Source: Thermofilaceae archaeon (lineage in GTDB: Archaea; Thermoproteota; Thermoprotei; Thermofilales; Thermofilaceae). From it: a stretch of 64,000 nt of DNA. Shown piece after piece: positions 45,309-57,060 of the stretch; position 1 is the first letter of the stretch; each line of letters begins with the position of its first letter. The notes under the pieces are model-generated. The model was not told the origin of the DNA. It ran no database searches and saw only the letters and a program-made list of their open reading frames with translations. The stretch spans positions 23,634 to 87,633 of the forward strand of contig JALSNQ010000006.1 in assembly GCA_026986905.1 (NCBI GenBank). Reading direction: 5' to 3'. The translations under genes and the position numbers were made by a program.

Positions 45309-46517
45309 ATGTTAAGCCGCGGCGCCGCGTGGAAGAGAATATATGACCCAATACATGGTTTTATTCCGCTTACAAGGCTAGAGGTAGGAATACTTGACTC
45401 ATGTTATCTGCAACGTCTACGTAGAATAAAGCAGCTGGGGCCTGCGGACTACGTTTATCCTTCAGCGACACATACGCGTTTCGCGCATTCCCTAGGCACC
45501 ATGTTGTTAGCCGGCAAGATAGCCATGCTTACAGGCCTCAACGATTTTGAAGTGAAAAGCGTTAGGCTAACCGGCCTGCTCCACGACATAGGCCACATGC
45601 CTTTTTCGCACTCTATAGAGCTTGTGAAGCATGAAAAGCTAGGCTTGGCGATAATAGAGAATTACCTCGCCGATGCATTGGGCGACCACGCGGAGATCGT
45701 GGCCAAAATCCTGTCTGGAGAACACAGGCTTAGCCCCATTATAAGCTCTGAAATAGACGCGGATAGAATAGACTATCTTGTACGCGACTCGTATTTCACG
45801 GGGCTTAGATACGGCCTAGTGGATGCTGACAGACTCGTGGAGTCACTGGTTCTGGTGGAGAAGGCCGGGCGCTACGGCTTGGCAGTGCGTGAAGACGCAC
45901 AAGCCGCCGTCGAAAGCCTGCTTATAGGGAGATTTCAGATGTTTAGGAGACTCTATTATCACCGAACTGTGGGAGGCTTTGAGGCCATCCTCTCACGGTT
46001 TTACGAGGAGAGTGTAAAGGAGGGAGCTATGCCTCCTCCCGACGAGGTGTTGAAGGGCGGCGGGTGGTGCGCGTTTGACGACTACAGTCTCGTCGCTGAG
46101 ATGAGGAAACTGGCGCGGGAGAACAGTTACATAGGTGAGCTGGCGAGGCTCTTTCTCACTAGGAGGCCTCTGAAACTTGTGGTGGAGGCGAAGCTCTACC
46201 TGAGCGGTGTATCTGAAAAGAAGCATAGCTTTATTGTCAAGTTGTGGCGCAGAGGAGCATTACTTGACGAGCTGGAAAGTCTAAGCAACGTACCCAGGGA
46301 GTGGATATTTATCCATGTGCCCAAGATGAAGCTGGTTAAGGGCGACGCGCCGCTCTTCGTGATTCGCGACGATGGAGAACTAGTTGAATTAGATAAGCTT
46401 GGCGAAGGGATACTGCCGAGGCTCTACAATCTCGGATACTCGCCGATAAGGGTATACACCAAGAAGGAGTACGCGGGGGAGCTTAGAAGGGCAGTGGAGA
46501 ACATTCGGGGAGGCTAG
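45309..46517 (+). CDS. HD-domain phosphohydrolase (dNTPase/SAMHD1-like superfamily)
   Basis: HSLGT...LHDIGHMPFSH...DADRIDY. The start is moved to ATG 45309 to remove an antisense overlap with the NUDIX gene. Confidence 0.8.
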   Translation: MLSRGAAWKRIYDPIHGFIPLTRLEVGILDSCYLQRLRRIKQLGPADYVYPSATHTRFAHSLGTMLLAGKIAMLTGLNDFEVKSVRLTGLLHDIGHMPFSHSIELVKHEKLGLAIIENYLADALGDHAEIVAKILSGEHRLSPIISSEIDADRIDYLVRDSYFTGLRYGLVDADRLVESLVLVEKAGRYGLAVREDAQAAVESLLIGRFQMFRRLYYHRTVGGFEAILSRFYEESVKEGAMPPPDEVLKGGGWCAFDDYSLVAEMRKLARENSYIGELARLFLTRRPLKLVVEAKLYLSGVSEKKHSFIVKLWRRGALLDELESLSNVPREWIFIHVPKMKLVKGDAPLFVIRDDGELVELDKLGEGILPRLYNLGYSPIRVYTKKEYAGELRRAVENIRGG

Positions 46518-48037
46518 GCTCTGAGTATGGAGGGACGGCCGGGTACTACGATTTGCCTCCAGGGCACTTCTCCGTCTATTCTACCAAGGTATCGTTCTAT
46601 ATTGATGCCGCTCTCCTTAACGGCTTTACGCCAGCCACCAAGTCCTCCGCCCTCGAGAGCCCACCGCAAAAGTAGTTTTCCCAGCTCAGCACCGCCCCTA
46701 GAAATCACCGTCTGAATCTGCGCCCAGCGTGGATCATAGGGTCTGATCTCCGCTACACCGGAGACCCTTCGCTTAAGGTAGTGTATACGGCGGCGTGCCT
46801 CTTTAAGACCAACCCATGGTTCACGTTCAAACTCCGTATGCGGTTTTGGTACAAGGGGGCTTACCGTGACCTTTAACTCTCTGTTCCCTCTGAACCCTGA
46901 TCTAGATATTGTCAATATGTATTCTACGTCGGCTTCAAGATCCTCCAGTTCTTCTCCAGGAAGCCCTATCATAAAGTACATCTTTAGCCCCTTGAACCCC
47001 AGCGCCTTGGCTGCTGTGGCTATACTAAGAGCCATGTCTGGAGGGACGTATTTGCGCAGCCTAATGGCTAGCCGCCGTGAACCCGTTTCAGGGGCGATTG
47101 TTAGCGTCTTCTGAGAAACCTTCCTCATAAGTTCTAACCTGTACTCGTTGAGCGTTTCTGCTCTCAGGGAGGGTATGCTCGCCTCAAGTCTCCTAAGATA
47201 CACTTCCTCTAATAGTTCCTCTGCATGAGAGTAGTCGAAGAATGAAAGACTGATAAACTTTAAGCGGAGCGTGTCGTTTAGCCTGACTCCCTGATCTATT
47301 ATTTCGAGAACGTCGCTGAGCGGCCTCTCTCTCATATAATTAAATATGTGTCCTTCCATGCAGAAGGAGCACATTCTAAAACATCCCCTATTCGTCTCGA
47401 CCATTGTTGCGTGGGTATAGCCTTCTACTTGGTTGATGGGGCTAAACTGTGCTTTAGGATGGAATTCTTTAGGAAGCGGCACTGCATAGTTCATGTATAC
47501 CTTTTCTCCTGTATGCCTCGTTTTACCTGTGTAAAAGCCCTTCTTCGGGTCAAGGCTCTCAAGAAATTTTTCTTTATCTGGATAGTGCTCCACGATTTTC
47601 CCTATAATGGGAGGTAGCGTTGACTCTATTTCACCTATAACCATGACATCGGCGAAATCCTCTATTGGAGAGGGGTTGGATATAATGGGGGGCCCGCCAA
47701 CTATAATCCACGGCTTATTTCTCCGCGAAGCCCTTGGCTCTACGCCTCCCTTGATGAGGATGTAGAGGAAGTTGACGTAGTCCGGCTCGTAGTGTATAGA
47801 CATAAACGCTAGGTCGAAGGCTCGTAGTGGTAAACCGCTTTCCAAGCTTGTCGGCTCTTCGCGCATGACTATTCGTTCCACGTAGAATTGAGGTATGCTT
47901 GCCAGATAGTAGTACAGCATCTGGTATGAGAGTGATGAAGCGGCTATGCTGTAATGTGAAGGGTAGAGTACGGCTACCCTTAGCATGCCGGGGCGCCACT
48001 TTTTTCTCACAAGGTTTCTCTCCTTCAGCCTCTCCAT
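46514..48037 (-). CDS. B12-binding-domain radical SAM protein
   Basis: CFRMCSFC cluster motif after an N-terminal Rossmann-like domain. Confidence 0.7.
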   Translation of the reverse strand: MERLKERNLVRKKWRPGMLRVAVLYPSHYSIAASSLSYQMLYYYLASIPQFYVERIVMREEPTSLESGLPLRAFDLAFMSIHYEPDYVNFLYILIKGGVEPRASRRNKPWIIVGGPPIISNPSPIEDFADVMVIGEIESTLPPIIGKIVEHYPDKEKFLESLDPKKGFYTGKTRHTGEKVYMNYAVPLPKEFHPKAQFSPINQVEGYTHATMVETNRGCFRMCSFCMEGHIFNYMRERPLSDVLEIIDQGVRLNDTLRLKFISLSFFDYSHAEELLEEVYLRRLEASIPSLRAETLNEYRLELMRKVSQKTLTIAPETGSRRLAIRLRKYVPPDMALSIATAAKALGFKGLKMYFMIGLPGEELEDLEADVEYILTISRSGFRGNRELKVTVSPLVPKPHTEFEREPWVGLKEARRRIHYLKRRVSGVAEIRPYDPRWAQIQTVISRGGAELGKLLLRWALEGGGLGGWRKAVKESGINIERYLGRIDGEVPWRQIVVPGRPSILRA

Positions 48038-48150
48038 TACCTGCCTCGTCTACCCCCTATGGATGACTATAAAAGTAGTTTCCCCCTCTATTACTCCGAG
48101 TTAAATATATATAGAAGCGATAATTGTTGTCTCACGCAGTAGGGTGAAGG

Positions 48151-49821
48151 GTGAGTGGAATGGCTGTGGCGCCTGCTCAGATAGGCGGTGTGCCTGTACT
48201 CATACTTAAGGAAGGTACTACTAGGCAGCAGGGAAGGGAGGCATTGCACCTCAACATCATGATTGCTAGGGCGATAGCCGAGACTGTAAAGACGACGCTA
48301 GGCCCTAAGGGCATGGACAAGATGCTTATAGACACTCTTGGCGACATAACCATAACCAACGACGGCGCTACCATACTTGACGAAATGGAGGTTCAGCACC
48401 CGATAGCGAAGCTTCTCGTCGAGATAGCTAAGGCTCAGGATAAGGAGGTCGGCGACGGCACTACAACCTCGGTCGTCCTTACAGGCGAGCTTTTAAAGGA
48501 GGCTGAGAAGCTTCTAGACAAGAATATCCATCCCACAGTAATAGTGAGCGGATATAAGAAGGCCCTAGAGAAGGCTCAGAACGTTATCAAGGAGAAGGCT
48601 ATTAAGGTAAGCCTCGACGACGAGGAGACGCTAAAGAAGGTTGCAATGACTTCCATGAGAAGTAAGGCTGTTGCAAGCGTGAGGGACTACTTTGCTGAAA
48701 TAGCTGTTAAGGCTGTAAAGCAGATAGCCGAGAAGGGCGAGGGAGAGGGCTACAATGTTGACGTCGACAATATACAGATAATAAAGAAGAAGGGTGGAAG
48801 CTTCCTTGATTCACAGCTGGTCTACGGTGTGATAGTCGACAAGGAGGTTGTGCACCCGGCTATGCCTAAGAGGGTTGAGAATGCTAAGATTGCTCTTATT
48901 GATGCGCCCCTCGAAGTCGAGAAGACTGAGATAGACGCTGAGATAAGGATCTCCTCGCCCGATCAGCTACAGGCTTTCCTGGAGGAAGAGGAGAAGATCC
49001 TCAAGGAGATGGTCGAGAGGATTCGTGAGAGTGGTGCTAATGTGGTGTTTTGTCAGAAGGGTATTGATGATCTTGCGCAGTATTATCTTGCGAAGGCTGG
49101 TATTCTTGCTGTTCGTAGGGTTAAGAAGAGTGATATGGAGAAGCTTGCGCGCGCCACTGGTGCCCGTATAGTTACGAGGGTGGAGGACATATCCCCAGAC
49201 GCCCTGGGCAGCGCGGAGCTCGTCGAGGAGCGCAAGGTGGCGGACGAGAAGATGGTCTTCGTAGAAGGCTGCCCCAACCCCAAAGCAGTGAGCATATTGG
49301 TAAGAGGTGGCCTGGAGAGGGCTGTCGACGAGGCTGAGCGCAGCTTAAAGGATGCACTATACGCGGTCGCCGATGTCCTCAGGTATCCCTATATAGTCCC
49401 TGGCGGCGGTGCTATTGAGATAGAGGCAGCTAAGGAGCTTAGGAAGTACGCGACCGTTGTTGGCGGCAGAGAGCAGCTAGCGATAGAGGCGTACGCGAAT
49501 GCGCTTGAGAGTATACCTAGAACCCTTGCTGAGAACGCGGGTCTTGATCCGATAGATATCATGGCGGATCTAAGGGCTGCCCATGAGGATCCAGGTAAGT
49601 GGAGCTATGGTGTCGATGTGATTGAAGGGAAGGTTGCTGACATGCTCTCACTGGGCGTCTTCGAGCCAGCTCTCGTCAAGGAGCATGCGATAAAGGTCGC
49701 TACAGAGGCGGCGGCGATGATACTTAGGATCGATGACATAATTAGTGCGTCGAAGATGGAGGAGAAGAAGGGAGAAGAGGGCGGTAAAGGCTTCGGCGAG
49801 GAAGAGTCTGAGTTTGACTAA
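48151..49821 (+). CDS. thsA: thermosome subunit (group II chaperonin)
   Basis: [16 protein letters not shown] and VPGGGAIE motifs, with a GGK/EE C-terminal tail. Confidence 0.95.
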   Translation: MSGMAVAPAQIGGVPVLILKEGTTRQQGREALHLNIMIARAIAETVKTTLGPKGMDKMLIDTLGDITITNDGATILDEMEVQHPIAKLLVEIAKAQDKEVGDGTTTSVVLTGELLKEAEKLLDKNIHPTVIVSGYKKALEKAQNVIKEKAIKVSLDDEETLKKVAMTSMRSKAVASVRDYFAEIAVKAVKQIAEKGEGEGYNVDVDNIQIIKKKGGSFLDSQLVYGVIVDKEVVHPAMPKRVENAKIALIDAPLEVEKTEIDAEIRISSPDQLQAFLEEEEKILKEMVERIRESGANVVFCQKGIDDLAQYYLAKAGILAVRRVKKSDMEKLARATGARIVTRVEDISPDALGSAELVEERKVADEKMVFVEGCPNPKAVSILVRGGLERAVDEAERSLKDALYAVADVLRYPYIVPGGGAIEIEAAKELRKYATVVGGREQLAIEAYANALESIPRTLAENAGLDPIDIMADLRAAHEDPGKWSYGVDVIEGKVADMLSLGVFEPALVKEHAIKVATEAAAMILRIDDIISASKMEEKKGEEGGKGFGEEESEFD

Positions 49822-49914
49822 AAACTAAATTTTTAGACAAAAACGCGTCTTGGTATACCTGTTTTCTCTTTTAGTGTAAAAATAATTATCCCTACTTTAC
49901 ACTATACTGGGACT

Positions 49915-50478
49915 ATGCCCTACCTAATACTCGTGGCAGGCATGCCTGGTTCAGGGAAGAGCCTTGTGAGCGATGTAGCTTCAAGCCTAGGATTAAATGT
50001 CTATGTTATGGGCGACGTTGTGAGGGAGGAAGCTAGGAGACGGGGACTTCCGCTTACAGATGAAGTACTGGGCAGGATAGCTGTTGAACTAAGGAAGAAA
50101 GAGGGTATGGACGTCATAGCCCGTAGACTCTACGAAAAACTTGTAGAGAGAGGAGAAAAAGTCGCATTCATTGAGGGTCTACGCAGCCTTGAAGAATACG
50201 ATTTTTTCCGGAAGAACGCTGAGAAGTCACATCTGATAGCCGTGCACGCGTCGCCCGAGACGAGGTACTGCAGGCTAAAGTCTAGGGGAAGAGAAGATGA
50301 CCCAAAAACTAGGGAAGAATTTGATGAGCGCGACAGAAGGGAGCTCGGTATGGGGATAGGATCCGTGATAGCTCTCGCACAGACAATGCTTGTAAACGAG
50401 AACATTGAAAAAACAGAGTTTTCACGTAGGGTGGAGGAGGTTCTCCAAGAGATACTTAGGAGGTGGGATCTGCTGTGA
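49915..50478 (+). CDS. UPF0200-type P-loop nucleotide kinase-like protein
   Basis: GMPGSGKS Walker A. 187 aa. Confidence 0.65.
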   Translation: MPYLILVAGMPGSGKSLVSDVASSLGLNVYVMGDVVREEARRRGLPLTDEVLGRIAVELRKKEGMDVIARRLYEKLVERGEKVAFIEGLRSLEEYDFFRKNAEKSHLIAVHASPETRYCRLKSRGREDDPKTREEFDERDRRELGMGIGSVIALAQTMLVNENIEKTEFSRRVEEVLQEILRRWDLL

Positions 50479-50912
50479 AGGTGGTTGTACGTGCACCCCT
50501 CTTTCCTACAGAGGATGTGGATAAGGTGATGTCAGCCCTTAAGAAGATCTTTCCAGACATAGGTTTTAGAGTGGAGGGTGAGGGAAAATTCCGCGAGGTA
50601 GTAGGTGAATGCATGTGTTCGCATTGCCTGGAAAACCTCCGGGGCATGCTGCGTAGGCAGAGGATACTGGACTCGGCTAGAAGCTACCTTTACCGGGGTA
50701 GGGAGGCCGGCCTCGTAAGGTTCTACTTGAATAAGCAGGCAGCATACATGGGTAAAGTGAGCTTTTGCTCGATGGAGTTCGGGGAAAGCCCCCTGGGTGC
50801 TATCACCGTTACAGTAGAAGTGGGGGACCGCTTCGACGAATTTGTTAATTGGTTAGCGCCAGCCACTGTCAACGGAAAGCCTGTAGGCGAGGTAGAGGAG
50901 CTCGAGTGTTAA
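50463..50912 (+). CDS. UPF0201 (DUF54) putative RNA-binding protein
   Basis: [20 protein letters not shown] is typical of the family. Overlaps the UPF0200 gene by 16 nt. Confidence 0.55.
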   Translation: MGSAVKVVVRAPLFPTEDVDKVMSALKKIFPDIGFRVEGEGKFREVVGECMCSHCLENLRGMLRRQRILDSARSYLYRGREAGLVRFYLNKQAAYMGKVSFCSMEFGESPLGAITVTVEVGDRFDEFVNWLAPATVNGKPVGEVEELEC

Positions 50913-51853
50913 AGTTCTCTCTCAAACCCGTATATAATGCTAAATACCCGCTCCTTGCGCCCGCTTATAGCTATGCGCATACCCCGTTCAGCCAGTATCG
51001 TCCTAGGGAACACTCTTTTAGCCTCCTCTAGTAGTTCGTAGACATGTCTGTACCTTACACTGTAGTGAAAAATCACTAGGAGCCTGCTCTTAGAGTATAA
51101 CGCGCATAGCGCGGCTTCCCTGGGCGTGGAGTGCGGTGTTTCAGTATTATGCTCCCAGTCTTTCGTGGAAAGCGTAGCTTCATGTATTAGTAGATCGCTT
51201 CCTCTCGCCAGGGAGGCGAGCCTGTGGCTTGGAAGGGTGTCTCCGCTATAGGTAACCTTTATCCCGGGCACCCTCTCCTTTACGTATAGTTCTAGAAACC
51301 GTTTCCTCCCCTCAATCTCTACTACCCCCTCCTCCAGCAATCTTTTCCTGTCAGCGCCGCGTATCTTGTCGGAATCAAGTTTTTCCGGATTCAACTTAAC
51401 TCTGCTAGGCGTCTCTATGGAATATGCATAGGAGAAGGGGGCATGGGGCACCCTGACGTATTTGATGCTTACATCCAGAAGATTTATCATGCCTTCCTCC
51501 GAGGCCAGTTCTGTATACTCCACAGGGTAGTTATAGGCCGCTAAGCCGTCTAGGACAGAGTCCCTGCTGAACGCCGGCGCTATTATGGTTATCTTCCTCT
51601 TTCTGCCGTTGAGCGAGAGTGTCTGCAGTAGGGGCCTTAAACCTAATATGTGGTCGCCATGTGCGTGGGAAATAAGAACCGCCAATGGAGCGTTAACGCC
51701 GAGTTTAAAATTCAAGAACGATTCCTGGCATCCCTCACCTACGTCTAGTATAAAGATTCGCCCCATCCAGCGGAGGAATATACATGGTAGTCCACGTGAA
51801 TAGCGGGGCTGTGTAGCGCCCACTCCCCCGAAGAATACGTCAACCCTAGGCAT
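50909..51853 (-). CDS. rnz: ribonuclease Z (tRNA 3' endonuclease)
   Basis: Metallo-beta-lactamase motif [11 protein letters not shown]. Confidence 0.8.
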   Translation of the reverse strand: MPRVDVFFGGVGATQPRYSRGLPCIFLRWMGRIFILDVGEGCQESFLNFKLGVNAPLAVLISHAHGDHILGLRPLLQTLSLNGRKRKITIIAPAFSRDSVLDGLAAYNYPVEYTELASEEGMINLLDVSIKYVRVPHAPFSYAYSIETPSRVKLNPEKLDSDKIRGADRKRLLEEGVVEIEGRKRFLELYVKERVPGIKVTYSGDTLPSHRLASLARGSDLLIHEATLSTKDWEHNTETPHSTPREAALCALYSKSRLLVIFHYSVRYRHVYELLEEAKRVFPRTILAERGMRIAISGRKERVFSIIYGFEREL

Positions 51854-52808
51854 AATAGACCCACAGCGTACGGGTTAACCCTGAGTGTATGTATATCTCG
51901 CATTTTTTGCTGAGGGTTAAGGCATCGCTGTAGGGGGGAAGAACATTGCTAGGTGAGAAGAACGCGCATCTACCGCCTCTTCTGAGGGCGTTTGCAGCGA
52001 TGCTCTTTAAGGCGTTATATATTGTCTCGACTTTTTCGCCGTGCGTGGACGCGTATCTCCCGTAAGGAGGGTCAGTCGCTATGGCGTCAAAAGAGCGTCT
52101 CCTAAATGGTGCCCGGGTGCTGTCGGCGAGAACAAGGTCGACAAGGCTAGAAAGTTCATACTGCTTGATGTTTCTCAAAGCCCCCCTTATGTGCCTATAA
52201 TCTAGCTCAACTCCTACGACGTAGAGTCCCCTCAGGGCCGCCTCTATAAGAACTCCTCCAGCACCTGCGAAGGGGTCGAGGAGATTTTCCGAGTTCCTGC
52301 TTAGTGACGCGTTCACCAGAAGTAGTGCGGTGGGCGGGTTGAGGGATGAAGAGATAAAATATATTCTACGTTCAGGTGAGCGCGGCTTAAATCTGTCTCG
52401 CCTCAACTCGAGAAGAGGTAGGTATACTAGGGGTCTGCTTAGCCATTTTATAATATAAGCCGTCTTACCCCTCCCTTCCCTGAAACCCCTTTTATATAAG
52501 GCGTTCTTCACGTGGTTTCTCTCTTCGCCACTCATATTCGGGAAAAGCATTTTTACGGTACAATACTTGGCGTCGCAAACAAGGTCGTCTATATATCCCG
52601 CATTGACGAATAATCCCTCACTGCATGGAAGGTAGTATATTTCCTCAAGCAGTTCCTCCACGTTTTTAGCGTCGAAGAGTACTATTCTCTTATTGACGAC
52701 TAATCTTACCGTTACTGAGAGTCTTTTCAGAGCATCTAGCATAGCATGATAACTGCATTCTCCCTGGAGATGCTTTATCGAGAGGAGGTATCTAGGGGGA
52801 GCGTTCAC
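51846..52808 (-). CDS. THUMP-domain tRNA (guanine10-N2)-methyltransferase (Trm11/TrmG10 type)
   Basis: DPFAGAGG and DPPYG motifs. Confidence 0.75.
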   Translation of the reverse strand: MNAPPRYLLSIKHLQGECSYHAMLDALKRLSVTVRLVVNKRIVLFDAKNVEELLEEIYYLPCSEGLFVNAGYIDDLVCDAKYCTVKMLFPNMSGEERNHVKNALYKRGFREGRGKTAYIIKWLSRPLVYLPLLELRRDRFKPRSPERRIYFISSSLNPPTALLLVNASLSRNSENLLDPFAGAGGVLIEAALRGLYVVGVELDYRHIRGALRNIKQYELSSLVDLVLADSTRAPFRRRSFDAIATDPPYGRYASTHGEKVETIYNALKSIAANALRRGGRCAFFSPSNVLPPYSDALTLSKKCEIYIHSGLTRTLWVYYA

Positions 52809-53875
52809 TTTTCTTTCCCTGTGAGAGATACCCCGAGGACAGAGACTATTATAACGCCTAGCGTTACGAAGAGCCAGGTAAGGAGATTCCTAACGCTACC
52901 ATATCCGGTGAGAAACTTCGCGGATTCTACAATCACCTGGCGCGACACTAGAATAATCGCTATTGCTGCGGGCTCCACGAGGTTTACATGTCTTCTGGCG
53001 ACTAAGTCGTCGAGTATCCTTCCGAGTATCGGAAACGTTGCCCCCAACGCTAGGAGGTCTGCCACTATGAACTGGCTTCCCACAGGCGCTAGGAGCAGGT
53101 AGCCTAATGCCTCGGTTAGCCCCGTGGCGCGTAGCCCTCTAACGTTTTCGAATCCCTGCAGTAGCGCTATTGCAAGTATAAGCGCGGCGAGTACTAGGGA
53201 TGCAAACGTTATGGGCCTTGTCTTGTAGATAGTTTTCGCTTTTTCGTCTAGGTTGAACCCCTTTATAGTGAGGAGTGTGCCGAAGGCCAGCGTCAGTAGC
53301 GGCCAGACAAAGTTGGGCACCATATAGGAGAGAAGAATGTATATTACCGCGAATATCCCCGGGACGCCAAGGGTGTATTTTCTATACTTTTCCTCCTCAA
53401 CGAGTTTCTTAGCGTAGCGTAGTAGAAGAACAAAGGTCTCCTCCACTCCACGTGCCTGCTGCACTATAACCCGTCTAATAGAGATTATTGGCACACGCGA
53501 CTGGATGAGGGGGGCTACAGCCTCATCCGTAGGACCATCCGAAACTAGTATTACACCGTTGACGTCGATCTTTGAGAGGATCTCGTCTAGCTCCTTGAGT
53601 ATTTTTATGTCTGCTCTCACACCTTCCTCCTCAAGACCCGCTATCACGGCGACCTCGACGCTGTCTTCACCCCTCATCTTCTTCATTTCCCGCATGGTCT
53701 GTATAGCCGCGAAAAGGGCGTTCGCGTCGGAATCGTCGGGGCGCCGCAGTATATATTCCAAGGCTGTCCTGAGAACCGCCTCCTCCCCGATAATAGGTGT
53801 CTTCACGCCTAGTATAGCTCCTACGTCGTTGTCTCTATCAACGCACAGCACCAGCACTTTTCCTCTCTGCGACAT
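52805..53875 (-). CDS. DUF373-family membrane protein
   Basis: The N-terminal soluble domain (VLCVDRDNDVG...DDSDANALF) is followed by 6 or more TM spans. Confidence 0.6.
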   Translation of the reverse strand: MSQRGKVLVLCVDRDNDVGAILGVKTPIIGEEAVLRTALEYILRRPDDSDANALFAAIQTMREMKKMRGEDSVEVAVIAGLEEEGVRADIKILKELDEILSKIDVNGVILVSDGPTDEAVAPLIQSRVPIISIRRVIVQQARGVEETFVLLLRYAKKLVEEEKYRKYTLGVPGIFAVIYILLSYMVPNFVWPLLTLAFGTLLTIKGFNLDEKAKTIYKTRPITFASLVLAALILAIALLQGFENVRGLRATGLTEALGYLLLAPVGSQFIVADLLALGATFPILGRILDDLVARRHVNLVEPAAIAIILVSRQVIVESAKFLTGYGSVRNLLTWLFVTLGVIIVSVLGVSLTGKEK

Positions 53876-53954
53876 CGTCGACGTCGACCCCTTAAGGGAA
53901 GACTGCTAACTAGTAGTCTTAAAAGGCGTTAAATATTGTTGCGGAGCCCCGGGT

Positions 53955-55292
53955 CTATAGGCCCCGCTTGGACAAGAACTCCTCCAACAGTCTTCTTAAG
54001 CTGTTTTCTTCGACCTCTACGAGTTCGTATTGCACATGTACAGCCGGCTTGTTTATCCTTATTATCCGGGAAAGATCGGCCGGCGTCCCCAGTACTACCG
54101 TGTCAGCGGGCACCCTATTTATTGTCTTTTCAAGCTCCTCTATCTGGCTTCGGCCGTAGCCCATTGCTGGAAGTACCGGGCCTAGATGAGGGTATTTTTC
54201 ATATGCCTCCCTGATGCTTCCTACAGCGTAGGGCCTTGGGTCGACGATCTCTTTTGCGCCATACTTTACCGCTGCCTGGTAGCCAGCGGCAGTGCCCAGC
54301 GATCCGTGGGTAACCGTCGGGCCGTCTTCGACGACAAGGACGCGTCTATTGCTGATTAGATCGGGGTTGTCGACTGTTATTTCAGACTTTGCAAGAACGA
54401 TCTCGGCTCTTCCATTTACATTCTTAGCATTTTTGATAACCTTTTCAACGTTTTCCCGTGGAGCTATGTTAACCTTGTTTACAACTACTATGTCCGCTAA
54501 CATGAGGTTTATTAGGCCTGGGTATGACGACAATTCGTCGCCGGGACGCGTGGGGTCGAGCACAGTTATGTATAGGTCGGGCTTGTAGAAGGGCCAGTCA
54601 TTGTTGCCTCCATCCCACAGTATTACCTCCGCCTCCTTTTCAGCCGCCTCAAGTATCTTACCGTAATCTACGCCAGCATACACTATGCTGCCTTCACGGA
54701 GATGCGGCTCGTACTCTTCCCTCTCCTCGATCGTCGGCTCATATTTTTCAAGATCATCGAGGCTACTGAATCTCTGTACAACCATTTTTCTTAAATCTCC
54801 ATAGGGCATCGGGTGCCTGACCACTACGTAGGGAATCTTCCTCTCCCTAAGTAGCCTAGCTATCCACCGGCTTACCGTGCTCTTGCCAGCGCCCGTTCTC
54901 GAGGCGGTTACGGCTATCACAGTCTTCCTAGACTTTATCATCGTCTTTTCGACGCCCAAGAGCTTGAAGTCGGCACCATGCACGTTTACGAGCGCATCCT
55001 TCATCACTATGTCGTCTGCACGGAGGTCGCTGTAAGAAAGTACCACTTCCTCAACATTAAATTCCTCTATAAGCCTTCCTAACTCCTCTTCCGGGTATAT
55101 TGGTATGCCATCTGGGTAAAGCGGCCCCGCGAGTTCTGGCGGGTACTGGCGGCCAGCTATATTTGGGAGCTGTCCAGCCGTGAAGGCTACAACCTCGTAG
55201 TGTGGGTTGTCGCGGAAAAGCACGTTGAAGTTGTGGAAATCGCGTCCAGCGGCGCCCATTATAATGATCCTGCGTCGATGAGGTTGCTGCAT
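53955..55292 (-). CDS. COG2403-type predicted GTPase / cyclic 2,3-diphosphoglycerate synthetase-like protein
   Basis: IIMGAAGRDFHNFNVLFRDNPHYEVVAFTA and the P-loop TASRTGAGKST. Confidence 0.65.
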   Translation of the reverse strand: MQQPHRRRIIIMGAAGRDFHNFNVLFRDNPHYEVVAFTAGQLPNIAGRQYPPELAGPLYPDGIPIYPEEELGRLIEEFNVEEVVLSYSDLRADDIVMKDALVNVHGADFKLLGVEKTMIKSRKTVIAVTASRTGAGKSTVSRWIARLLRERKIPYVVVRHPMPYGDLRKMVVQRFSSLDDLEKYEPTIEEREEYEPHLREGSIVYAGVDYGKILEAAEKEAEVILWDGGNNDWPFYKPDLYITVLDPTRPGDELSSYPGLINLMLADIVVVNKVNIAPRENVEKVIKNAKNVNGRAEIVLAKSEITVDNPDLISNRRVLVVEDGPTVTHGSLGTAAGYQAAVKYGAKEIVDPRPYAVGSIREAYEKYPHLGPVLPAMGYGRSQIEELEKTINRVPADTVVLGTPADLSRIIRINKPAVHVQYELVEVEENSLRRLLEEFLSKRGL

Positions 55293-55473
55293 GGCGATCA
55301 GATAGCAAACATTATTTCTTCAAATAAAATTGTCCTAAATGTTGTTTCGCAAAAATGGATTAATGTTAATCATTACGTAAAGAACTCGCAGCTATTTGTA
55401 AATTATATTTATTATAGCTACAGCCGCACCCCCGAGGGAGCCATGCCACGCTATATATATTTCACCTCTGCTA

Positions 55474-55887
55474 ATGACGGTATCAGTGGTGAAGAGAAAA
55501 GCTGTTCTTGACACCAGCGCGCTAATTTACCTGCTGGAAAACAGGCAGGATCCCGTAGATGTGGTGAGGAGCCTCGAAGGTGTACGGGATATATATGTTC
55601 CAAGCTATGTTGTAGATGAGCTAAAAAGGTTAGCTACGGGCGCGTCAGGTAGGAGAAGGAGGCTGGCTAGGGTAGCGCTGAAATACGTTATAAATGCGTC
55701 GAGGAGTAATTTGGTTAAAATAGTGGAAATGGGTGAAGGGTCTGTGGATGACCTTCTCCTTAGGGATGCTGAGGAGAAGGGTCTTGTTATAGTAACGGCC
55801 GATATGGGGCTACGCCGCCGCGCTGTGGAAAAGGGTTTAGAGGTTTTCTCCCCCGAGGCTTCGCGGAGAGGGAGAAGGCTAGTCTAG
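55474..55887 (+). CDS. PIN-domain protein (Fcf1/Utp24-like)
   Basis: AVLDTSALIYL...VVTADMGLRRRA. A GTG a few codons downstream is an alternative start. Confidence 0.65.
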   Translation: MTVSVVKRKAVLDTSALIYLLENRQDPVDVVRSLEGVRDIYVPSYVVDELKRLATGASGRRRRLARVALKYVINASRSNLVKIVEMGEGSVDDLLLRDAEEKGLVIVTADMGLRRRAVEKGLEVFSPEASRRGRRLV

Positions 55888-55937
55888 TGTCGATTAGAGT
55901 AAGATTTATATATTTCTGATATAAGGTTTTCATTGAA

Positions 55938-56933
55938 ATGTTTAAAAAAGTTTCGGGCGACGAGGTCGAGGAGGACGAGACTCTAAGAGAAGCGCGGCTA
56001 TTGAAATCTCTAACCGAGGGTGAAATTCCCTTAACCTGCCCTCAGTGTGGCAGCAACAGGCTGATCTACGACCCCTCCCGGGGGGAGATAATTTGCGCTG
56101 ATTGTGGCTATGTTATCAGTGAACGGGAAATAGATAGGGGTCCTGAATGGCGCGCGTTTACTCCTGAAGAGAGGGAGAGGCGTAGCCGCGTAGGAGCCCC
56201 CATATCCAGGTTGACGCCCGACAGCATTAGCACGGACATAGACTGGAGGAGCAAGGACGCCTCGGGTAGAGAGATAAGCCTGAGGAAGAAGATTGAGATG
56301 CTTAGACTGCGGAAATGGCATGTTAGGGCAAGGGCTCAGAGCTCTATAGAGCGCAACCTTACCCAGGCGGCTATGGAGCTTGAACGGCTTGGTGCGCAGC
56401 TGGGGTTGCCTAGGGCGGTTCTGGATAGGGCGCTTGAAATATACAGGAAGGCGCTGGACAGTAGCCTCGTCAGGGGGAGGTCTATCGAATCAGTCATGGC
56501 CGCGGCTGTCTACGCCGCATGTAGGGAGATGAGGCTGCCGAGGACGCTTGACGAGATAGCAATGTATACCAGGGCTGGAAGAAAGGACGTTGCTAGGTGT
56601 TATAGGCTACTACTGAGGGAAGCCGCAATAAAGGTTCCTCTACCAAACGCGGCGGACTTTGTGCCGAGGATAGGGTCGATGCTCAAACTCTCAGGGCCTA
56701 CAATTAGGAAGGCTATAGAGATCATAGAGAGGGCTCGTGAGATGGGGCTTACTGCGGGTAAAGACCCTGCAGGGCTCGCCGCCGCGGCAATATATATCGC
56801 TGCGATGCTGAACGGTGAGATGCGTACCCAGAAAGAGGTTGCGAGGGCTGCCAGGGTTACAGAGGTTACTGTCAGAAACAGGTACAAGGAGCTTGTAAGG
56901 AAGCTTGGGATAAAGCTGCCTATAAAGAAGTAG
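55938..56933 (+). CDS. tfb: transcription initiation factor TFB
   Basis: Zinc ribbon CPQCGS..CADCG, B-reader region and two cyclin repeats. Confidence 0.95.
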   Translation: MFKKVSGDEVEEDETLREARLLKSLTEGEIPLTCPQCGSNRLIYDPSRGEIICADCGYVISEREIDRGPEWRAFTPEERERRSRVGAPISRLTPDSISTDIDWRSKDASGREISLRKKIEMLRLRKWHVRARAQSSIERNLTQAAMELERLGAQLGLPRAVLDRALEIYRKALDSSLVRGRSIESVMAAAVYAACREMRLPRTLDEIAMYTRAGRKDVARCYRLLLREAAIKVPLPNAADFVPRIGSMLKLSGPTIRKAIEIIERAREMGLTAGKDPAGLAAAAIYIAAMLNGEMRTQKEVARAARVTEVTVRNRYKELVRKLGIKLPIKK

Positions 56934-56968
56934 ATGGGTGGCGGCAAAGGATAAAAGCGCCCGCGTCT

Positions 56969-56990
56969 CCAAAAAGAGGGGGCTTATAGC
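56969..56990 (+). promoter_or_regulatory. candidate promoter of the tRNA-Cys 5'-half gene
   Basis: The A-rich CCAAAAAGAG is centred about 28 nt upstream of 57002, and CTTATAGC about 16 nt upstream. Neither is a strong TATA box. Confidence 0.3.
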
Positions 56991-57001
56991 CCCCAGGAGG
57001 A

Positions 57002-57044
57002 GCCGGGGTGCCCGAGGGGTAAGGGGGCGGTGGCCGCGGCCCCG
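57002..57044 (+). tRNA. tRNA-Cys(GCA) 5' half of a split gene: exon (pos 1-30) 57002-57030 plus GC-rich trailer 57031-57044
   Basis: GCCGGGG UG CCCG AGGGGUA AGGG G GCGG supplies the acceptor 5' strand, a D arm with A14/G18G19/A21, and the first 4 nt of the anticodon stem. No downstream tRNA parts follow. The trailer GGCCGCGGCCCC pairs with leader 39067-39079. Confidence 0.75.
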
Positions 57045-57060
57045 CCCGTTATCCCGTAAA